A stretch of DNA of 64,000 nucleotides from Ignavibacteriota bacterium (GTDB lineage Bacteria; Bacteroidota; Ignavibacteria; Kapaibacteriales; UBA2268). The translations under genes and the position numbers were made by a program. The notes under the pieces are model-generated. The model searched no databases and was not told the DNA's origin. It saw only the letters and a program-made list of their open reading frames with translations. Shown here piece by piece: positions 27,822 to 35,768 of the stretch (within the stretch, counting starts at the first letter, position 1; each line of letters begins with the position of its first letter). The stretch is taken from the NCBI GenBank assembly GCA_024636855.1, contig JAGXGG010000049.1, forward strand, positions 20,362 to 84,361, written 5' to 3'.

Positions 27822-28250
27822 ATGTATAGACTAAGAGCAGACAAATATGGTAACCCTAAACAAGGGTTCACATTCGAAGCACCGCTATTGCCAGCAAGCA
27901 TACAGCGTGGTTCGGGCATGTTGCAATCAGTAGAGACATCTATTGACTTAGGCAACTTATTGCTCACAGGAAGCAAAGACGTGTATATGGCTCGAGTTAC
28001 TGGCGACAGTATGATAGATGAGAATATATTCACTGGGGATATTCTAATAGTAGATGCCAAAACTGAGCCCAAAGATGGACAGATAGTAGTTGCCTCGCTT
28101 GACGGTGAAATGACAGTAAAGAAACTCCGCCGCAAAGATGGCAAAATATACCTAGTCTCTGCCAACCAAAAATACTTACCAATAGAAATAACTGGATATT
28201 GCAAATTCGAAATACAAGGCGTAGTAAAGCATATTATTCACGAGGTGTAG
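27822..28250 (+). CDS. UmuD-like S24 peptidase B: intact Ser/Lys dyad, no canonical Ala-Gly/Cys-Gly site, no HTH domain
   Basis: VTGDSMIDENIFTGDILIVD, with Lys exactly 37 residues after the Ser (EMTVKKL) as in UmuD. The N-terminal 40 aa contain only YG, QG, RG and SG dipeptides. Confidence 0.8.
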   Translation: MYRLRADKYGNPKQGFTFEAPLLPASIQRGSGMLQSVETSIDLGNLLLTGSKDVYMARVTGDSMIDENIFTGDILIVDAKTEPKDGQIVVASLDGEMTVKKLRRKDGKIYLVSANQKYLPIEITGYCKFEIQGVVKHIIHEV

Positions 28251-28269
28251 GAAATGAGGAAGTATCTAA

Positions 28270-28578
28270 ATGATAACTGACTTATTTACATATTTCGACT
28301 TGATTATCCTATTGCTTATTTTAATAATTAACTTTAAAATAGTTTTAAAAAGAAGTAAAGTAGTCCTTTCTTGGATTACTATCTCCCTCTTTATAATTTC
28401 CTTTCTTTTCATATTCCCATATTTATCTACCGAATTAGAATCACATTTAGTCCATTCTAGAAATGAAGTAGTAGATGGTTTTAACCTATTCTATCTTTGG
28501 TTCAAATGGCCAATATATTGGTTAGTTGGTACTCTAGAGCTGATTTTCATTCTTATGTATAAACCAAAGTCGGATTGA
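28270..28578 (+). CDS. small membrane protein (3 TM), unknown function
   Basis: Hydrophobic helices. Visibly more AT-rich than its neighbours. Confidence 0.45.
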   Translation: MITDLFTYFDLIILLLILIINFKIVLKRSKVVLSWITISLFIISFLFIFPYLSTELESHLVHSRNEVVDGFNLFYLWFKWPIYWLVGTLELIFILMYKPKSD

Positions 28579-28582
28579 AGTA

Positions 28583-29278
28583 TTGAAAATAAAAGAAAAA
28601 ATACTTGACAACCTTGTCCCAATTCTAATTTCCATATTAGCGATTATTACCGTATTACCTATCCTCACTTATAGTATAGAAGATAATTATACGCCTAGCC
28701 TTTTTATTGACATTTTTAGTATGATAATCACTGCATTTTGGTTTTTATTCTTTGCCATTTATGGCATAGTTATATCAATTAAAGATTTAAATAAAGATAG
28801 GGAAGTTTTTAAAAATTCAGTTAGAAATTTAAAATTCTCATTTCCAATTGTTTTAGTTATTGTTGTTGGAAGTTTTTTGTACAAAGAACATGAATTAGAT
28901 AAACATAATGAAATTATTAAACAAAAAAGATATTTGATTATTAAGGAAGAAGAAGCAAGTTTTAATAAAGTAATTGATAGTCTAAAAAATATTGGAAATA
29001 GAGATTCTTTAATCTCAACCTTTTATTTTTCTATCGGTGAGGAGTTTACTCGTTTTGGTTTTCACAAGGAAGGATTTGATAAATTTGACTCAGCACTATA
29101 CCACTATAAATCTAGTGAATATTACAGCAAAATTGCATACTATTTAAAATATAATCTTCATCTAAAAGAAAAAGCATTGAAATATGAAAGGCTTGCTTAT
29201 GAATTGGATACCACTAAAAAATATCTATTGAATATTATCAAAGAATTAGAAAAAGAAATTGAAGAAGAGACGAATTAG
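28583..29278 (+). CDS. membrane protein (3 TM) with helical, TPR-like cytoplasmic tail
   Basis: TTG start 4 nt after the previous stop. Three N-terminal TM helices followed by a K/E-rich helical region. Confidence 0.45.
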   Translation: MKIKEKILDNLVPILISILAIITVLPILTYSIEDNYTPSLFIDIFSMIITAFWFLFFAIYGIVISIKDLNKDREVFKNSVRNLKFSFPIVLVIVVGSFLYKEHELDKHNEIIKQKRYLIIKEEEASFNKVIDSLKNIGNRDSLISTFYFSIGEEFTRFGFHKEGFDKFDSALYHYKSSEYYSKIAYYLKYNLHLKEKALKYERLAYELDTTKKYLLNIIKELEKEIEEETN

Positions 29279-29287
29279 GTTTTTCCT

Positions 29288-29323
29288 CAGTCACTTCATT
29301 CGCTTCACTCTCTCAGAGTGACA
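29288..29323 (-). repeat. GTCAYYCTGA-type dispersed repeat, copy C3
   Basis: The reverse complement reads atgtcactctgagagagtgaagcgaatgaagtgac. The ends are inverted (GTCAC...GTGAC). Confidence 0.55.
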
Positions 29324-29366
29324 TGGTTAAAAACAGCTTGTTAGTATTACTTCCTACACTCCTCAC

Positions 29367-29398
29367 AAAAAAAGCGATAACAAATTAATGCTATCGCT
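29367..29398 (-). terminator. rho-independent terminator of tig
   Basis: Stem AGCGATA (29373-29379) / TATCGCT (29392-29398). A7 on the plus strand gives T7 after the hairpin on the minus strand. Confidence 0.75.
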
Positions 29399-29428
29399 TC
29401 TTTTAGTCTTTCTTCTATTCGCTAAATA

Positions 29429-30703
29429 TTAGTCTTCTATTCTCTCGTGTGTCTCGAAGTCCACTTCGTTGATTATAGCGAAATCTAATACGAAATCAAT
29501 TACTTTCTTAGATAGTATCTTAGTTAAGAAATTCGGGTTTTGAACAAGAATTTTCTTCATTTGTTCTACGTCCTGACCATATCTCTTAGCTTCTTTTTCT
29601 ACTATTGGGTCTATATCGTAATCTTCTAGTTCTATGCTTTCGTTTTCTATGATTTGGTTACGTACTAGTTCCCATTTCACTGATCTTTCTGCATTAGGCT
29701 TTAGTTGAGTTTCTAGCTCATCGTCAGTCATGTTCAACTGCTCTGGGCTCTTCTCATATCTTTTCTTTACGTCTTGTATCATTTGTGTTAATACTTGATT
29801 TACCAATTGCTCTGGAGCAGGTATTTCATTCGAATCAACTAAATTAGCAACAATCTGATTTTCTACTAACTCGCGGCTCTTTCTGTCCCACTCATCTTGC
29901 AAATTGAAGTTAACTTCATCTTTTAGTTCATCGGCTTTAGTTATTCTACCACCAGTTACTCTATCTACGAATTCATCATCTAGAACAGCAGGAGTAAGCT
30001 TCTGGATTTTAGTGATAGTCACTTTGAAATTTTTATCTTTGATAGTAGGGTTAGCATCAGCAGCAGTTGGAGTATAGTCGAAAGAATCACCAACTTTTGT
30101 ATTCAATATGTTCTCTTTCAACTCTGGTAATATGTTCTTATCAGCTAAGTAAACATCAGTTTCGTTTGGTTCGCTTAACTCGCCATCTTCTAATATCTCA
30201 GACATTTCTACTTTTATAACATGATTATCGTCAGTTACTTGTTCTGCATCTTCTAGTTCACCATTTTGAGCTAGAATATAATCTAACTCTTCTTGTACTT
30301 CTTGATCAGTAACAGCGTGTATTGGCTCATCTATAGTTACGCCTTTGTAATCCTTCAGAGTTATTTTTGGTAGAGTTTCGAACTCTATTACATATTTGAT
30401 ACCATTTTCATCTTTGGCAATATCTTTCAATGTAGGAGTACCAAGTACTTGGACATTCTCTTCTTGAGTGTAATTTCTAAATACATCATTCACTATATCT
30501 TGGTCAGCATCTGCTTCTATACCTGGGCCATACATTTTCTTTATCATAGCTATTGGAACTCTACCATTACGGAAACCTTCAAGTTTTACTTTCGGTTGCA
30601 TAGCTTTGTATGCTTTCTCGTAGTGTGGTTGTAGCTCATCTGTAGTCAGAGTGATAGTTAATTCTCTAGTACACTCGTCTATTTGTTTTATCTCTTTTTC
30701 CAA
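29429..30703 (-). CDS. tig: trigger factor
   Basis: N-terminal ribosome-binding region ..LEGFRNGRVPIAMIKKMYG (GFR.GK.P motif), then FKBP-like and C-terminal domains. The longest ORF (30772) begins inside the upstream terminator hairpin. Start therefore placed at the TTG at 30703 (MEKEIKQIDEC..). Confidence 0.88.
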   Translation of the reverse strand: MEKEIKQIDECTRELTITLTTDELQPHYEKAYKAMQPKVKLEGFRNGRVPIAMIKKMYGPGIEADADQDIVNDVFRNYTQEENVQVLGTPTLKDIAKDENGIKYVIEFETLPKITLKDYKGVTIDEPIHAVTDQEVQEELDYILAQNGELEDAEQVTDDNHVIKVEMSEILEDGELSEPNETDVYLADKNILPELKENILNTKVGDSFDYTPTAADANPTIKDKNFKVTITKIQKLTPAVLDDEFVDRVTGGRITKADELKDEVNFNLQDEWDRKSRELVENQIVANLVDSNEIPAPEQLVNQVLTQMIQDVKKRYEKSPEQLNMTDDELETQLKPNAERSVKWELVRNQIIENESIELEDYDIDPIVEKEAKRYGQDVEQMKKILVQNPNFLTKILSKKVIDFVLDFAIINEVDFETHERIED

Positions 30704-30729
30704 GACTTTACCTTTATTGCGATTTTTGT

Positions 30730-30768
30730 TCAAAAATAAAAAGTGCTGCTTTTGTATCAAAGCAGCAC
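30730..30768 (-). terminator. rho-independent terminator of the peroxiredoxin gene
   Basis: Stem GTGCTGCT (30743-30750) / AGCAGCAC (30761-30768). On the minus strand it is followed by TTTTTATTTTT. Confidence 0.75.
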
Positions 30769-30821
30769 GCAAAATTAATCTATTCTTATATAATATACTA
30801 AATTATAAGAAATTTATATAA

Positions 30822-31370
30822 TTATAAAGTTTTATCACCTGGCTTCCAACCGCAAGCAGTTAAACCACCAGTTTGAAGAGCTTGAAGTACTCTAATCGTT
30901 TCTTCTGCACTTCTACCAACATCCATAGGGTGAACTAATGCATATTGCATAACGCCATCTGGATCTATTATATATAGTCCTCTCAATGCACATCCAACTT
31001 CCTCATTATATACTTCATAGTTACGAGCATTTTCGCCAGTGAAGTCTGCTAACAAAGGATAAGGCAAATCTTTCAAATCTTCTTCGTGAGTTCTCCATGC
31101 CAAGTGCGAGTTTCTTGAATCTGTAGAGCATCCTATTACTTCCGCGTTCAATTCTTTGAATTTATCATAGTGATGTCCAAAAGATGCTATTTCAGTTGGG
31201 CATACGAATGTAAAATCAAACGGATAGAAAAAGAATACAACCCATTTACCTTTATAATCTTCTAATGAAATTTCTTTATATGCATTTTCTGGATTTAAAT
31301 TTGAAGAAGGTCCGCCAACAACTGCTTGACCTTTGAAAATTGGGGCTTTTTTTCCTACTAATAGAGACAT
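30822..31370 (-). CDS. typical 2-Cys peroxiredoxin (AhpC/Prx1 family)
   Basis: Peroxidatic Cys in DFTFVCPTEI. Resolving Cys in LTACGWKPGDKTL. 182 aa. Confidence 0.9.
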   Translation of the reverse strand: MSLLVGKKAPIFKGQAVVGGPSSNLNPENAYKEISLEDYKGKWVVFFFYPFDFTFVCPTEIASFGHHYDKFKELNAEVIGCSTDSRNSHLAWRTHEEDLKDLPYPLLADFTGENARNYEVYNEEVGCALRGLYIIDPDGVMQYALVHPMDVGRSAEETIRVLQALQTGGLTACGWKPGDKTL

Positions 31371-31475
31371 ATACTAACCTTTTTGTTTTATTAAATTGTG
31401 AAAATATCAAATATATTTCCCCCTAAAACGAAACTTATAAACTAATAGTGTCTGTTATTATAAATTTTGAATTTG

Positions 31476-31483
31476 TATATTTG
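31476..31483 (+). promoter_or_regulatory. Bacteroidetes-type -7 box upstream of topA
   Basis: TATATTTG, 42 nt upstream of the ATG. Confidence 0.35.
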
Positions 31484-31524
31484 CACCCACGAAAGTTAGA
31501 AAAATAAAAATAATAAGGTTTTAA

Positions 31525-33936
31525 ATGCCAAAATCATTAGTAATAGTCGAGTCTCCTGCTAAAGCAAAAACGATAGAGAAGTACCTCGACGAGATAGATA
31601 AAGGAAAGTTCATAGTAAAATCATCGATTGGTCATATTAGAGATTTGGCAAAAAAAGATATGTCTATAGACATAGAAAATGGATTCGAACCAAGATATGA
31701 GATCAGTCCAGATAAAAAGAAAACTGTAGCCGAACTAAAAAAACTATCTAAGCAAAGCGACACAGTGTGGTTAGCGACGGATGAGGATAGAGAGGGAGAG
31801 GCAATTGCATGGCACTTGCTAGAAGCATTGGACTTGGACGAATCGAAAACTAAGCGAATAGTATTCAACGAGATTACTAAAAAAGCCATCCAAAGGGCAA
31901 TCGAAAATCCACGTACAGTAAATAAAGAATTAGTAAACGCCCAACAAGCTAGAAGAATACTAGACAGATTAGTTGGGTACGAACTATCTCCAGTACTATG
32001 GAAAAAAGTGAAGTACGGACTAAGCGCTGGTAGAGTACAATCAGTTGCTGTTCGTATAATAGTAGAAAGAGAACGCGAAATAGAAAATCATGTACCTGAT
32101 GTTACTTATAAATTAATAGGCGATTTTGTTACTGAGAATGGCGATGAATTCAAGGCAGAGTTAAGAGAGAAATTCGACAAGAAAGAAGATGCTTTGGCTT
32201 ACCTTAATACTGCAGTTGGTAAGCAATTCTTTATAAAAGATTTGAAAATCAAACCTGGTAAGAGATCACCACAAGCTCCTTTTACTACATCTAAATTGCA
32301 ACAAGAAGCCTCAGCTAAACTTGGCTTTTCGGTAAAGCAAACGATGGTAGTAGCTCAGAAGCTATACGAAGCTGGTAAGATTACATATATGAGAACTGAC
32401 TCTACAAACTTATCAGACGATGCTCTTAATGCTGCAGGCAGTTATATCAACTCTAGTTTTGGCGCTAAATATCACGAGAGAAGAACATTCAAAACTAAGT
32501 CCAAAGGTGCACAAGAAGCTCACGAGGCGATTAGACCCACGGATTTGACACAACCGTCAATCAATACAGGTAATAATGGTCAAGACAAGCTATACGAGCT
32601 AATATGGAAACGCACTATGTCATCACAAATGGCAGATGCTGAGTTAGAACGAACAACTGCTGATATTGGATTCGAGAATAATGATACTGATTTCGTTGCA
32701 AAAGGTGAAGTAATCAAGTTTGATGGTTTCCTGAAAGTATATCCTGAAGTCAGAAAAGATGGTAAGATATTGCCAGCAATGGCTAAAGGGCAAAAATTAG
32801 ACGTAAATGAAATAGTTGGACGCGAGACTTTCAGTCGCTCACCTGCTAGATATACAGAGGCAACTCTAGTTCGTACTCTAGAGGAAATGGGTATCGGTCG
32901 TCCATCGACTTATGCCCCTACTATCTCTACTATCCAAAATAGAGAGTACGTAGAAAAAACCGACAAAGATGGTATAGATAGAGAATACACTCAAGTACAA
33001 TTAGTCAACGGTCAAGTAACTGAAGAAAAGCTAACAGAAACTACTGGTCAAGAACGAAACAAGCTATTCCCAACAGATGTAGGGAAAGTAGTAACTGACT
33101 TCCTTGTAAAACACTTCACTGAGATAGTCGATTTCGATTTCACTAAGAACGTGGAAGAAGAGTTTGATTTGATTGCTGATGGGAAGAAAGAGTGGAACAA
33201 AATGATTTCCACATTCTATGTTAAATTCCACGAAACAGTAGAAAAATCAGAAGATATAAGTAAAAAAGATGCAATCAATGCTCGTCTATTAGGTGATGAT
33301 CCCAAATCTGGTCGTCCAGTTTACGCTCGTATTGGTAGATATGGTGCTATGCTCCAAATGGGGGAGAACGAGGACGAAGAAAAGCCACGTTTTGCATCGC
33401 TTATGCCGAACCAAAGTATAGAGACTATTTCACTAGAAGAAGCATTAGAAATGTTCAAGCTGCCGAGAGTAGTAGGGCAAAACGATGATGGTAAAGACGT
33501 GAAAGTAAATATTGGTAGATTCGGTCCTTATGTGCAGATAGATAAAACTTATGCGTCTATCACTCACGAAGAGATATTCACTATCACTCTAGAAGAAGCA
33601 AAACAGAAAGTAATTGACAAAATAGAGCAAAAAAGTAAAAATACTATTCAAGAATTTGATGATGGTATAAAAGTACTGAACGGACGCTATGGCCCGTACG
33701 TAACTGATGGTAAAGTGAATGCGAAAATACCAAAGGACAAAACTCCTGAGACTCTAACTCACGAAGAGTGCAAAGTGCTAATAGCCGAAGCTCCTGCCAA
33801 AAAAGGTAGAGGTGGTCGTACTACTAAAGCTGCCGCTAAAAAGCCAGCTGCGAAGAAAACAGCAGCTAAGAAACCTGCGGCTAAGAAAAAGCCAGCAGCC
33901 AAAAAGAAGCCGGCTGCAAAGAAGAAGGATAGCTAG
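31525..33936 (+). CDS. topA: DNA topoisomerase I with cysteine-free C-terminal repeats and Lys/Ala-rich tail
   Basis: Toprim motifs LVIVESPAKAKTIEKYL and ATDEDREGEAIAWH. Active-site region KITYMRTDS. Three GR(Y/F)G(P/A)Y.. C-terminal repeats without Zn-finger cysteines. Tail AAKKPAAKKTAAKKPAAKKKPAAKKKPAAKKKDS. Confidence 0.93.
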   Translation: MPKSLVIVESPAKAKTIEKYLDEIDKGKFIVKSSIGHIRDLAKKDMSIDIENGFEPRYEISPDKKKTVAELKKLSKQSDTVWLATDEDREGEAIAWHLLEALDLDESKTKRIVFNEITKKAIQRAIENPRTVNKELVNAQQARRILDRLVGYELSPVLWKKVKYGLSAGRVQSVAVRIIVEREREIENHVPDVTYKLIGDFVTENGDEFKAELREKFDKKEDALAYLNTAVGKQFFIKDLKIKPGKRSPQAPFTTSKLQQEASAKLGFSVKQTMVVAQKLYEAGKITYMRTDSTNLSDDALNAAGSYINSSFGAKYHERRTFKTKSKGAQEAHEAIRPTDLTQPSINTGNNGQDKLYELIWKRTMSSQMADAELERTTADIGFENNDTDFVAKGEVIKFDGFLKVYPEVRKDGKILPAMAKGQKLDVNEIVGRETFSRSPARYTEATLVRTLEEMGIGRPSTYAPTISTIQNREYVEKTDKDGIDREYTQVQLVNGQVTEEKLTETTGQERNKLFPTDVGKVVTDFLVKHFTEIVDFDFTKNVEEEFDLIADGKKEWNKMISTFYVKFHETVEKSEDISKKDAINARLLGDDPKSGRPVYARIGRYGAMLQMGENEDEEKPRFASLMPNQSIETISLEEALEMFKLPRVVGQNDDGKDVKVNIGRFGPYVQIDKTYASITHEEIFTITLEEAKQKVIDKIEQKSKNTIQEFDDGIKVLNGRYGPYVTDGKVNAKIPKDKTPETLTHEECKVLIAEAPAKKGRGGRTTKAAAKKPAAKKTAAKKPAAKKKPAAKKKPAAKKKDS

Positions 33937-33962
33937 TAAAGTTTAAAATATATTAATATTTG

Positions 33963-33990
33963 AAAAGGAGCCGTTTGGCTCCTTTTTTTG
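33963..33990. terminator. bidirectional terminator between topA and the convergent membrane-protein gene
   Basis: Stem AAGGAGCC (33965-33972) / GGCTCCTT (33977-33984), followed by a T-run. Confidence 0.75.
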
Positions 33991-34632
33991 TTAATCTGTT
34001 CCCATTACTAATTGGACTATCATTGTACCATATAGTATCGTATTAAATAGAACTGGTAAGCCTATAAACCAGATTTTACTTCTTTGCTCATCTGTATTCA
34101 TCAAAGTAGTTGCCCCCAAATACCTTATATATACCATATAGTAATTATGAATAAGAACAAGTAGTATTAATATAATAGGATCTAATAGATCACCAGTTTT
34201 TGGCATATTACCTGATAACATTGAAGCCAACTTAAAAGCTATTATTAGAATACTCGGTATAGTTCCAGAGTAAAGAAATATTTGTCTCGATTTTTTATAA
34301 TCACCTATTCCCTTTGACCATATAACCCTAAGATTGTATAAAAATCCGCCAAGAAAATATGTAATAAGTCCAATTATTGTTCCTAAAATTAATGCAATAG
34401 CCCAGAAATTTAACCAATCAAAGAGAAATGATAAGCTGTCAAAAGATTGAGCAAAATGACTTCCGCTAAATCTATTATTTGCGCGACTAATTCCAAATCC
34501 TAATCCATAGACAATTAACGCTATTGTAAATATCACTGGTCTACTACTATTTTCAGTGAGATTCTTTGATAGGAATACCTTTGGTTTGAAAAATAAATCG
34601 TACCAAAACTCTACAAAACTATTTTTCTCCAA
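33991..34632 (-). CDS. polytopic membrane protein (Yip1-like)
   Basis: Five predicted TM helices after a short soluble N-terminus. TTG start. The family assignment is tentative. Confidence 0.4.
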   Translation of the reverse strand: MEKNSFVEFWYDLFFKPKVFLSKNLTENSSRPVIFTIALIVYGLGFGISRANNRFSGSHFAQSFDSLSFLFDWLNFWAIALILGTIIGLITYFLGGFLYNLRVIWSKGIGDYKKSRQIFLYSGTIPSILIIAFKLASMLSGNMPKTGDLLDPIILILLVLIHNYYMVYIRYLGATTLMNTDEQRSKIWFIGLPVLFNTILYGTMIVQLVMGTD

Positions 34633-34744
34633 TTCAAAAAATCCTAAAGTTGATTAAAATTGTTTTTATTAATACAGTAAGAAGTAATTATAAAGATAGA
34701 TATTATTACAATCTTTCACAAATACGTTGAATTTAAAAGTCCTA

Positions 34745-35035
34745 ACAAATGTATTGCCGTTGGCTTTAGCCAACGGATAATTTGTATATGACCAACCTAC
34801 GTAGGACTTTAGTCCCATTACGATTCAATTCCTATTGGAGTTGTTGTGTTTGGTCAATCAATAGATGCTACTAATATTGAACTGCTACGGAGTTCTCCTG
34901 GACTCTTTACTTCGGCGATGCTCAGCACAGGCTTTCGCTATGTTCCCTCTGAGTGACGTGCTTGCGTGGGTATTATGGGCTTGGTACTACTTCAGATATT
35001 TAGCCACTCTGTGGCTTATCAGCCATGGAAATAGA
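34745..35035 (-). repeat. composite hairpin-repeat element, locus 2 (modules D, C4, B, A in reverse orientation)
   Basis: The reverse complement carries, in order: CTGATAAGCCACAGAGTGGCTAAATATCTG...CCCAT (D), GTCACTCAGAGGGAAC..GCGAAAGCC (C4), ATGGGACTAAAGTCC (B) and TCCGTTGGCTAAAGCCAACGGCAATACATT (A). The module order is collinear with locus 1. Confidence 0.75.
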
Positions 35036-35046
35036 ATAAAAATATA

Positions 35047-35160
35047 AGTGAAGTGATGTATGATGTTGGGTACTCTGACACAAAGTCATTCAGAACTACT
35101 TTCAAAAAAATAACTGAAATGACCCTGATAGAATACAGAACTAAATATTACAAAGAATAA
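35047..35160 (+). pseudogene. 3' remnant of an AraC-family regulator gene (last ~37 codons)
   Basis: Translation SEVMYDVGYSDTKSFRTTFKKITEMTLIEYRTKYYKE* matches the second HTH of the AraC family (.VGF.D..YF.R.FKK..G.TP.EYR), with the conserved G and P lost. A stop lies immediately upstream and nothing of the rest of the gene remains. Confidence 0.55.
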
Positions 35161-35223
35161 CATAGTATATAGATAATACGTATATTTGCGAGTAGAGCTG
35201 GAAAAATTATATATGAATAATAA

Positions 35224-35727
35224 ATGAAATTGCTTAGATATCTTATCCTTATAGGGATTATTAGTTCCATTTCAATCACTGCACAAGTGAGTGATTTCCA
35301 ACGTGGATTGGAAGCTTTTAATGCTCATAAGTACGAAAAAGCATTCACTAATCTTGAAAAATATGCTCGCGATTCGAATGATTGTATATCCCAATATATA
35401 GTCGGTTATTGCTATGCTGATACTAGTTTATCAATGACTAATGACTCACTGGCTGATTATTTCTTATTACAAGCATCAGAACAGAAATACGGCAGAGCTA
35501 TGGGGATGCTGGCTGTTAGATACTTCGAGAAGCAGAGCTACGATAAGTATTGGACTATTATGGCTTATGTGTGGGCTGAGCTTGCAGCATTCTACGACCC
35601 TATACAAAGCGTTAACTCACGAAGAAAATTCATCAAAGAGTCTCTCGATGAAAGTGAGATACAGAAAGGTAATGAGATAATTGCTGAGAAAAAGAAAATA
35701 TTAAATCAGATAGAAACCTGCATGTGA
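35224..35727 (+). CDS. secreted Sel1/TPR-like repeat protein
   Basis: Signal peptide. Two Sel1-like units (..YIVGYCYA....D...A.YFL.QASEQ.YG.AMGMLAVRYFE). Confidence 0.4.
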   Translation: MKLLRYLILIGIISSISITAQVSDFQRGLEAFNAHKYEKAFTNLEKYARDSNDCISQYIVGYCYADTSLSMTNDSLADYFLLQASEQKYGRAMGMLAVRYFEKQSYDKYWTIMAYVWAELAAFYDPIQSVNSRRKFIKESLDESEIQKGNEIIAEKKKILNQIETCM

Positions 35728-35768
35728 AAAAGGGAAAAACATAATAGCTTTTCCCCTTAACAATATAC

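Noticed and set aside
26798-28204. Long antisense ORFs (142, 123 and 138 aa) opposite the SDR gene and both S24 genes
   Set aside because: Their products are Ser/Pro/Ile-rich low-complexity sequences typical of the reverse frame of real genes. The sense-strand products have clear family motifs. Nothing supports overlapping coding.
27333-28250. Interpretation as a umuDC mutagenesis operon or as LexA-type repressors
   Set aside because: No Y-family polymerase gene is adjacent. Both proteins lack any N-terminal DNA-binding domain, with only ~25-45 residues preceding the S24 core. They are therefore described only as UmuD-like.
34865-35047. 60-aa ORF in the 34633-35223 gap
   Set aside because: It is entirely composed of the inverted composite repeat element. 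Its Trp/Leu-rich product reflects repeat sequence rather than a protein family.
35441-35680. 79-aa alternative-frame ORF inside the Sel1-like gene
   Set aside because: It is fully nested in a longer ORF that has a signal peptide and repeat motifs, and nothing independent supports it.
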